This document shows positions 57,479 through 64,000 of a DNA stretch of 64,000 bases, in pieces (within the stretch, counting starts at the first letter, position 1; every line of letters begins with the position of its first letter). The position numbers and the translations under genes are program-made. This DNA is from an uncultured Rhodobiaceae bacterium (GTDB taxonomy: Bacteria > Pseudomonadota > Alphaproteobacteria > Rhizobiales > TMED25). The stretch spans positions 26,626 to 90,625 of the forward strand of contig CAJWPC010000004.1 in the NCBI GenBank assembly GCA_913045225.1. The letters run 5' to 3'. Below the pieces are notes generated by a model. The model had not been told where the DNA came from. It saw only the letters and a list, made by a program, of their open reading frames with translations, and did no database searches.

Positions 57479-59269
57479 ATGAATGAACAAAGAAATTTTA
57501 TACTAGCAATCGGTTTATCAATATTAGTTTTATTAATATGGCAATATTTTATCGGAAGTAGCCAACTCGATGAGAGAACATCAGGCCAAATAAGTAATGA
57601 AATGAGCCTTCAGGAAAGCCAAGATCTATCAAACATACCACTCCCTGAAAGCGATGTTGAAAGTGAGGATAAAATTGATCTTGCGACTGCCTCATCAACT
57701 TCAGTTTCCGATGCTGGAACGTCTGTCGAGCGTATAAGGATAAATACAGAAAAACTTGAGGGGTCAATCTCACTCCTTGGGGCTAAATTGGATGATATTC
57801 GTCTAAAAAAATACAGAGATACAATTGACGTGGATAGCAAATTAGTTCAGTTGTTAAAACCATATACATCTGAGAATCCATATTACGCGCACCAAGGCTG
57901 GGTCGGCGACGCTAAATCACAAACAAAATTACCAAATGATAACACAATTTGGAAGTTAGTCTCCGGTGGTGAATTAAGTATTAACTCACCAGTTAGGCTA
58001 GAGTGGAATAACAACGAAGGTCTTATTTTTTCTAAGGAGTTTAGTATAGATGATAACTACCTTTTTACCATCACACAAACAGTAAAAAATAATTCAAATT
58101 CCTCTGAAATCCTATACCCATATTCTCTAATATCAAGAAAAGGTCTCCCTGAGGATTATACGAATTTCTTCGTGCTTCACGAGGGTTACATTGGTGTGCT
58201 TGGGAGCGAAGGAGAGAAAAAAGCTGATTACGCAGATATTGCTGAACAGACTGAGTCATTTGATAATATTACGACTGGCTGGCTAGGTTTTACTGACAAA
58301 AACTGGGCAACAGTAATTATTCCCCCACAGGATATAAATTATCAGGGTAGATACACTTCAAAGGGAAACGGCTCTACCTATCAAGTTGACTATTTAGGCT
58401 CAGCTCAAAAGGTAAATGCAGGAGGCACCACAACAATAACCTCATATGTCTTCTCGGGCGCAAAAGAAGTAAAAATCTTGGATCAATATGAAGATGAATA
58501 TTCACTCGAAAAATTCGACTTATTAGTCGATTGGGGATGGTTCTATTTCCTAACAAAACCACTATTCTATGTCCTTCAATGGCTCTATGGAATACTTGGC
58601 AACTATGGGCTCTCAATTTTAGGGGTGACAGTACTCATCAAAATTGTATTTTTCCCACTCGCAAATAAGGCTTATGTCTCAATGAGTGCAATGAAAAAAC
58701 TACAACCTGAGATGTTAAAAATTAGAGAAAATTATAAGGATGATCGCGCAAAACAGCAACAGGCTATTATTGCATTATATAAAAAAGATAAGGTTAATCC
58801 ACTGTCTGGCTGTATACCAATTTTAATACAAGTCCCAGTATTCTTTGCGCTTTACAAGGTACTTTTGTGCACCATGGAAATGAGACATCAACCATTTTAT
58901 GGTTGGATAGCTGATCTATCAGCAAAAGATCCAACCACCTTATTTAATCTATTCGGTATTATTCCATGGTATCCACCATCATTTCTAGTAATAGGTATAT
59001 GGCCTATTATTATGGGTCTTACCATGTTCATTCAAATGAGATTAAACCCCGCCCCTCCAGATCCTATTCAGCAAAAAATATTCGCTTGGATGCCCGTAGC
59101 CCTAACTTTTTTATTTGCACAGTTTTCAGCTGGTCTGGTTATTTATTGGGCGTGGAACAATACATTATCCTCATTACAACAATATATTATAATGAAACGA
59201 ATGGGCGTAGAGGTTGAACTATGGTCAAATATAAAAAATACCTTCAAGAAGAAACCAAAAAAGAGCTAG
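57479..59269 (+). CDS. yidC: membrane protein insertase YidC
   Basis: Starts MNEQRNFILAIGLSILVLLIW, with a large periplasmic P1 domain and a conserved C-terminal 5-TM core (YGLSILGVTVLIK...KLQPEM..I...YK.D). The ATG at 57479 avoids overlapping rnpA; the ORF track starts at 57425. Confidence 0.94.
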   Translation: MNEQRNFILAIGLSILVLLIWQYFIGSSQLDERTSGQISNEMSLQESQDLSNIPLPESDVESEDKIDLATASSTSVSDAGTSVERIRINTEKLEGSISLLGAKLDDIRLKKYRDTIDVDSKLVQLLKPYTSENPYYAHQGWVGDAKSQTKLPNDNTIWKLVSGGELSINSPVRLEWNNNEGLIFSKEFSIDDNYLFTITQTVKNNSNSSEILYPYSLISRKGLPEDYTNFFVLHEGYIGVLGSEGEKKADYADIAEQTESFDNITTGWLGFTDKNWATVIIPPQDINYQGRYTSKGNGSTYQVDYLGSAQKVNAGGTTTITSYVFSGAKEVKILDQYEDEYSLEKFDLLVDWGWFYFLTKPLFYVLQWLYGILGNYGLSILGVTVLIKIVFFPLANKAYVSMSAMKKLQPEMLKIRENYKDDRAKQQQAIIALYKKDKVNPLSGCIPILIQVPVFFALYKVLLCTMEMRHQPFYGWIADLSAKDPTTLFNLFGIIPWYPPSFLVIGIWPIIMGLTMFIQMRLNPAPPDPIQQKIFAWMPVALTFLFAQFSAGLVIYWAWNNTLSSLQQYIIMKRMGVEVELWSNIKNTFKKKPKKS

Positions 59270-59916
59270 GTTTTATTGATTACACAGATTTCGCCGAGGA
59301 TGAGTTAGCGGACGCACGATTGGCTTTTGCGACAGACAGTAAATTCTGTTTGTCTGTGGTTGCAAATGACGGGTTTCCTATTCATGACAAAAAAGAGGTG
59401 GCCTTTGCTGGAAGATCAAATGTCGGAAAATCAAGTCTAATAAATTCAGTTACAAATGTATCTGGACTCGCACGAGTTTCCAACACGCCAGGCAGAACCC
59501 AGATGATTAATTTTTTTTCTCAAGGGGACGCATTCTTTATCGTAGACCTTCCAGGGTTTGGCTATGCAAAGGCGAGTAAAGAGTCAATAAAACAGTGGAG
59601 TCAGCTAACAAGAGACTACTTGCTAGGAAGAAAGGAACTGGAAACAGTTTTTTTTCTTATCGACTCGAGACATGGTATTAAGGAAATTGATGAGAATATT
59701 ATGGAGATACTTGATAAGTCAGCGGTTTCTTATCAAATTATTCTGACTAAATTTGATAAAATTAAAAAAAATGAAGTTGATAATCTATTGCTCAAGACAA
59801 ATGAAAAAATTAGCAGGAGGCCGGCTGCAAGACCAGGGATTCTGGTAACCTCAAGTAAAGATAAGTTTGGTATTGATCTACTGAGATGTCTAATATATAG
59901 AATAATTAAACACTGA
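59221..59916 (+). CDS. engB: ribosome biogenesis GTP-binding protein EngB/YsxC
   Basis: G1 motif GRSNVGKSS, G3 motif DLPGFGYA and G4 motif TKFDK. The ATG at 59221 overlaps yidC by 49 nt. An in-frame TTG at 59320 is a possible alternative. Confidence 0.9.
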   Translation: MVKYKKYLQEETKKELGFIDYTDFAEDELADARLAFATDSKFCLSVVANDGFPIHDKKEVAFAGRSNVGKSSLINSVTNVSGLARVSNTPGRTQMINFFSQGDAFFIVDLPGFGYAKASKESIKQWSQLTRDYLLGRKELETVFFLIDSRHGIKEIDENIMEILDKSAVSYQIILTKFDKIKKNEVDNLLLKTNEKISRRPAARPGILVTSSKDKFGIDLLRCLIYRIIKH

Positions 59917-59919
59917 TAG

Positions 59920-60807
59920 GTGAGGTTGATGGAAAAGATTCACTCGTCGATAAGGGCAAAAATTTTAGCCGAAGCACTACCTTACATGCAAATGTATGAC
60001 AGCAAATATGTGGTTGTAAAATATGGCGGTCATGCAATGGTAAATGATAATTTAGCTGATATTTTTGCTCAAAACATCGTTATGTTACAGCAAGCTGGAA
60101 TGAAGCCTGTCGTTGTACATGGTGGAGGTCCTCAAATTGGAGAAACTTTAAAGGCGCAAGGTGTAGAAAGTAAGTTCCATAATGGCTTAAGAATTACAGA
60201 TCGAGATACAATAAAAGTTGTTGAACGAGTATTGTATGAAATAATTAATACTGACATTGTGAAGAAGATTAAAAAACATGGAGGCAAATCGATAAGCCTG
60301 TCAGGTAATAAAGACTCAATAATTTTTGCAAAAAAATTGACAAATATTTACAAAACCGACTCAAATATTGAAAAAATAATGGACCTTGGTTTTGTGGGCG
60401 AGCCAAAAAAAATTGACCCATCTACAATTATCAATCACTGCAAAAAAGGCTCTATACCCGTAATTACACCCCTTGGTAAGGATAATAATACTACCTATAA
60501 CATAAACGCCGATACAGCAGCAGGCGCTATTGCAGGCGCCTTAAAAGCAAGTAGACTATTGATGCTGACAGATATTGCAGGTGTTATTGATGAAAACAAA
60601 GAACTAATATTGGAGCTCAAAGTCGAAAAAGCAGAAAAACTTATTTCAGATGGCGTAATAGTGGGAGGAATGATACCCAAAATCAAAACTTGCATTGACG
60701 CTCTAAAAAATGGAGTGGACAAAGCAGTTATTTTGGATGGACGAGTAGAAAATGCTATAATACTTGAATTGTTCACTGAAGAGGGAATTGGTACACTTAT
60801 AAATTAA
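59920..60807 (+). CDS. argB: acetylglutamate kinase
   Basis: 295 aa with VVKYGG, VHGGGPQI and NINADTAAGAIA motifs. The ATG at 59929 is an alternative start. Confidence 0.94.
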   Translation: MRLMEKIHSSIRAKILAEALPYMQMYDSKYVVVKYGGHAMVNDNLADIFAQNIVMLQQAGMKPVVVHGGGPQIGETLKAQGVESKFHNGLRITDRDTIKVVERVLYEIINTDIVKKIKKHGGKSISLSGNKDSIIFAKKLTNIYKTDSNIEKIMDLGFVGEPKKIDPSTIINHCKKGSIPVITPLGKDNNTTYNINADTAAGAIAGALKASRLLMLTDIAGVIDENKELILELKVEKAEKLISDGVIVGGMIPKIKTCIDALKNGVDKAVILDGRVENAIILELFTEEGIGTLIN

Positions 60808-60831
60808 TGACCATTCAATCAAGGAGTTTTA

Positions 60832-61713
60832 ATGACAGTAAAAAAAACAGGTAATATATATCCAAATATATTTAGGTTTAATCTCGGTAACTTTGAAATT
60901 ACAACCATATTGGATGGTCTAGTTCAAAGAGACGGACCATATCCAATTTTTGGTCAAAATAAAGACGAGAAAGATGTTCATAAATTATGTAAGCAAAACT
61001 TTCTGCCCGAAAAGAAATTTGAACATGGCTTCACACCGCTGATTATAAATACAGGCAAGGAAATTATTCTTTTTGATACCGGCAATGGAAGACTTAATGA
61101 AGAAAATGGAAAACTCATCAATCTTATTGAATATTCTGGATACAGGCATGAGGATATAAGCAAAATTGTGATTACTCATTGCCATCCTGATCACATTGGT
61201 GGGCTGATGTATATAGAGGATGGTTATTTTAAAAATGCCTCCATAATTATTGGTGAGGTTGAATATGAGGCATGGAAAACAGGGAAAAATATTCCTGAAC
61301 AACGGAAGGCAAATAGGGAGCTATTTGAAAAGATTTGCATGCCATTATCTGATAGGATGGAGTTTATTAGACCCGATCAAGATGTGGTAACAGGTATCAC
61401 CGCTGTAAATGGTTTTGGTCACTCCCCTGGTCACATGTGCTACAGCATTGAAAGTGATAACAAAAGTCTTTTTTTTGCTGCCGATATCACAAATCATTTT
61501 GTTGTTTCAATGCAAGTCCCAGATTGGCACGTCATGTTTGATGACAATAAAGAGATGGCAGTCGAGAGCCGTAAAAGAATCCTCAGTATGCTTGCAAGTA
61601 GCAAGATACCAATGATTGGATACCATATGCCATTTCCAGCAATAGGTTTCGTTGAGAAAAATAATAGCGCAGGCTATAATTGGGTACCTGTTTCTTACCA
61701 ACTCAGTTTCTAA
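60832..61713 (+). CDS. metallo-beta-lactamase-fold hydrolase
   Basis: 293 aa with the HxHxDH motif (THCHPDHIGG), a later His (GHSPGH) and further downstream Asp/His residues (candidate metal ligands). Substrate unknown. Confidence 0.8.
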   Translation: MTVKKTGNIYPNIFRFNLGNFEITTILDGLVQRDGPYPIFGQNKDEKDVHKLCKQNFLPEKKFEHGFTPLIINTGKEIILFDTGNGRLNEENGKLINLIEYSGYRHEDISKIVITHCHPDHIGGLMYIEDGYFKNASIIIGEVEYEAWKTGKNIPEQRKANRELFEKICMPLSDRMEFIRPDQDVVTGITAVNGFGHSPGHMCYSIESDNKSLFFAADITNHFVVSMQVPDWHVMFDDNKEMAVESRKRILSMLASSKIPMIGYHMPFPAIGFVEKNNSAGYNWVPVSYQLSF

Positions 61714-61730
61714 TATTTAATGAGATAAAT

Positions 61731-62213
61731 TTAACTTTTGACTTTAAATTTCTTATACGCTTTTTTTGCATGATCTTCACAGTATGGCATTCCAGAGAGT
61801 GGCTGGTGTCCACAAAAATGAAAATCCTCCGTTCCCGGATCGCCTTGTGGCCATTTACAGTGATTCTCAGTTAGGTTTAATATTGTAACTGCAAATTGAT
61901 CAGAGCTCTGATCCAAGCTATGAATGTTTGACTGAAGTATGTCATGATTTTTGGTGTATTCGATATCATCTACAGGCGTTTCTTTGAAAGCAAGATTACC
62001 GGAGTAGCTTACAGATAATATACTCCCGTCTAATTGACCCACCGCAATATTTTTTCGTTGCGGTTTTGCGCGTGGCTCCAATCCTAAACGGTGCACTTTT
62101 CCAATCACGGCATTTCTTGTAACATCCCCTAGTCGTTTTGCAATCTGACTTGCGCTAAGGCCTTCCGTCCAAAGTTTTTTTAACTGCTCCACTCTTTCTT
62201 CCGTCCAAGCCAT
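61731..62213 (-). CDS. gcrA: cell-cycle transcriptional regulator GcrA
   Basis: 160 aa. The N-terminal MAWTEERVEQLKKLWTEGLSASQIA..LG.VTRNAVIGKVHRLGL and the C-terminal C.WP.GDP....F.FCG are both typical of GcrA, an alphaproteobacterial hallmark. Confidence 0.92.
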   Translation of the reverse strand: MAWTEERVEQLKKLWTEGLSASQIAKRLGDVTRNAVIGKVHRLGLEPRAKPQRKNIAVGQLDGSILSVSYSGNLAFKETPVDDIEYTKNHDILQSNIHSLDQSSDQFAVTILNLTENHCKWPQGDPGTEDFHFCGHQPLSGMPYCEDHAKKAYKKFKVKS

Positions 62214-62381
62214 GGCATCACCTCAATTTATTATAAATTATATGAAATCAATATATTGTTATAAATACGTGATTTAATACTACTACATTTATGAAAAAAC
62301 TGAATCTTTTAGTATTGTTTTCAACAGAGATAAGTAATATGTTGTACAAGATTACGTTATAAAAAACCTGGAAAATCTACA

Positions 62382-63164
62382 ATGCGCAAAGACATTGGTA
62401 TAGTCAATTGGTTGGGCCTTTATACCCAAATACAGAGAGAAATAATGCGTTTCCTAAAAGTTTGGCAACAAACCGTATTTGGACCATTAATGACCGCATT
62501 ACTCTTTCTTTTTGTTTTTTCCGTCGCTATTGGTAAGGCAAGACCTGAAATATTTGGTATGCCTTTTTCACACTTTTTAGCGCCAGGTATTATAATGATG
62601 ATGATATTACAAAACGCTTTCGCGAATACATCATCCTCAATAGTCAGCGGGAAGATACATGGTAACATTGCAGATCTCCTTTTAAGCCCACTGAATGCTG
62701 TGGAGCTAACAACAGGATACATAGTTGGAGGATTAGCTAGAGGCTGTATGATTGCATTTATTGGCTTTACAATTATTTCTCTATTTTTAGAAATACCTTA
62801 CCACAGTATATATGCCATATTTTACTTTTCAGTTATGGGGTCGCTTTTCATGAGCCTAATTGGAATTATTGGTGGGTTATGGGCCGAAAAATTTGATCAC
62901 ATGGGCGCAGTTACAAATTTTATAATTACGCCGATGACATTTTTATCAGGTACATTCTACTCTATTAAGGATTTACCAAGTCAGATCTATGGCATTGCAC
63001 AATATAACCCATTTTTCCAAGCGATAGATGGTTTTCGTTACGGTATTACTGGATATGCAGATGGTAATTTACTGAATAGCGGACTTAGTCTTTTAATATT
63101 AAATATCTTATTGTATGCGCTTAGTTGCTACCTTTTTAGAATTGGTTATAAGCTTAAATCCTAG
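62382..63164 (+). CDS. ABC-2 type transporter permease (YadH/NodJ-like), with no adjacent ATPase gene
   Basis: 260 aa with 6 predicted TM segments and the ABC-2 family pattern (...Q...F.P.......L.........PF..FL.PG...). No nucleotide-binding partner lies on either side. Confidence 0.75.
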   Translation: MRKDIGIVNWLGLYTQIQREIMRFLKVWQQTVFGPLMTALLFLFVFSVAIGKARPEIFGMPFSHFLAPGIIMMMILQNAFANTSSSIVSGKIHGNIADLLLSPLNAVELTTGYIVGGLARGCMIAFIGFTIISLFLEIPYHSIYAIFYFSVMGSLFMSLIGIIGGLWAEKFDHMGAVTNFIITPMTFLSGTFYSIKDLPSQIYGIAQYNPFFQAIDGFRYGITGYADGNLLNSGLSLLILNILLYALSCYLFRIGYKLKS

Positions 63165-63242
63165 AGGTAAATTAATGTAATTGACTAAAATTATTTTCTG
63201 ATTAAAATAGCCTCTTTTAAATTCAAAATCGTATTATAAGTA

Positions 63243-64000
63243 ATGAATTCTGTAGCTAACAACTATAACAGAAAGAAAATAGTTTTTTCTCATGGTAAAG
63301 GCATCTACCTATTTACCAATAAGGGGGAAAAGTATATCGATCTCGCGGCTGGAATTGCTGTAAATCTTCTCGGTCATTCCAATAAGGATCTTATAAATGC
63401 TCTAAACGTGCAATCGCGGAAACTTTGGCATGTATCAAACTTATATGAAATAGAAGAACAAGTAACACTCGCCAATAAACTGACAAGTTGTTCATTTGCG
63501 CATAAAGTTTTTTTCTGTAATTCAGGAGCTGAAGCGGTTGAGTGTACAATTAAAGCAGCAAGAAGATATCACTTTTCAAAAGGCAAACCAGAAAAAACCG
63601 AGATAATAACTTTTAAAGGTTCTTTTCACGGTCGAACGCTGGGAACAATCGCAGCGGCAAGTAATTCCAGTCATCTTGAAGGCTTTGGTGAACCGTTAAA
63701 GGGGTTCGTAAGTATCGAACGTAATGACATTAATCAATTAAAAAAAGCATGCAACGAGAAAACAGCTGCAATACTTATTGAGCCTGTACAGGGTGAAGGT
63801 GGAATAAATGTTTTTGACAGAGAATTTATTAATAGTCTTCAAGTTATCGCAAAAGAGATGGATTTACTTATTCTCTTTGACGAGGTTCAATGCGGTGTAG
63901 GCAGGACAGGAAAAATATTTGCATATCAGTGGTTTGATATAAAACCTGATGTCATGGCATTAGCTAAAGGCCTTGGTGGAGGTTTTCCAATTGGCGCTTG
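63243..64000 (+). CDS. argD: acetylornithine aminotransferase (5' part, runs off the right edge)
   Basis: The frame is open from the ATG at 63243 to the window end. Class III aminotransferase motifs are FCNSGAEAVE, GSFHGRT and FDEVQCGVGRTGK. It is absent from the ORF track because there is no stop in the window. Confidence 0.9.
   Translation, partial: MNSVANNYNRKKIVFSHGKGIYLFTNKGEKYIDLAAGIAVNLLGHSNKDLINALNVQSRKLWHVSNLYEIEEQVTLANKLTSCSFAHKVFFCNSGAEAVECTIKAARRYHFSKGKPEKTEIITFKGSFHGRTLGTIAAASNSSHLEGFGEPLKGFVSIERNDINQLKKACNEKTAAILIEPVQGEGGINVFDREFINSLQVIAKEMDLLILFDEVQCGVGRTGKIFAYQWFDIKPDVMALAKGLGGGFPIGA

Noticed and set aside
62214-62381. Features of the gcrA upstream region: a 23-codon ORF (62291-62362, MKKLNLLVLFSTEISNMLYKITL), a single GANTC site (GAATC 62302-62306), and possible CtrA (TTAA-N7-TTAA) or DnaA boxes.
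   Set aside because: One GANTC in 168 nt is about the chance expectation. I found no TTAA-N7-TTAA or DnaA box. The mini-ORF has no Shine-Dalgarno sequence and nothing to distinguish it from random open frames.
1-64000. A whole-window look for CRISPR arrays, IS elements or terminal inverted repeats, long direct repeats, rRNA, tmRNA, RNase P RNA, riboswitches and defence or toxin-antitoxin modules.
   Set aside because: No non-coding gap exceeds about 320 nt, and the larger gaps are accounted for by tRNAs, the SRP RNA, a small ORF or an N-terminal extension. I noticed no repeat arrays or transposase-like ORFs. An eye scan cannot exclude short dispersed repeats, so a self-dot-plot would be needed.

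Overview
This window is 64 kb of a very AT-rich, extremely gene-dense chromosome. It looks alphaproteobacterial: gcrA is present, along with the lptC-lptA-lptB-rpoN, ffs-dnaX-ybaB-recR and rpmH-rnpA-yidC-engB arrangements. The style resembles SAR11/Pelagibacterales, but I cannot prove the taxon without a search.

I call about 70 protein-coding genes, three tRNAs (Ser-GGA, Phe-GAA, Thr-GGT) and a 4.5S-type SRP RNA. Four coding calls are missing from the ORF track: a 3' gene fragment at the left edge, rpmH, a 43-aa basic ORF in front of murA, and the 5' part of argD at the right edge. Several ORF-track starts were moved on sequence grounds, namely infC, the NlpC/P60 gene, mepA, hisD, yidC, yejF, selO and the TauD-like gene.

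I found no transposase, integrase, phage gene, CRISPR array or recognisable defence or toxin-antitoxin gene.

Most of the window is housekeeping: translation, cell envelope, amino-acid biosynthesis and DNA replication or repair. The only accessory-looking part is about 21.6-31.5 kb. It lies between rpoN and tRNA-Phe and holds ten tightly packed enzyme genes, eight of them in two divergent four-gene operons. The families are amidohydrolase_2, AhpD/CMD, three Gfo/Idh/MocA, TauD/TfdA, TerC, MmgE/PrpD, an MLE-subgroup enolase-superfamily member and a beta-hydroxyacid dehydrogenase. There is no transporter and no regulator, the region appears more GC-rich, and I do not recognise the combination as a known pathway. 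This is the best candidate for something undescribed, but the evidence is family-level motif recognition only.

Other points worth a second look:
- Three genes whose conserved N-termini lie upstream of any ATG/GTG/TTG, implying ATA or ATT initiation.
- The small basic ORF overlapping the murA start.
- A candidate murein-peptide recycling locus (M17 peptidase, YkfC-like peptidase, yejABEF).
- Stop codons of convergent genes that interlock or abut.
- An orphan ABC-2 permease.
- An A8 run in dnaX.

All functional calls come from reading the translations. No database search was possible.
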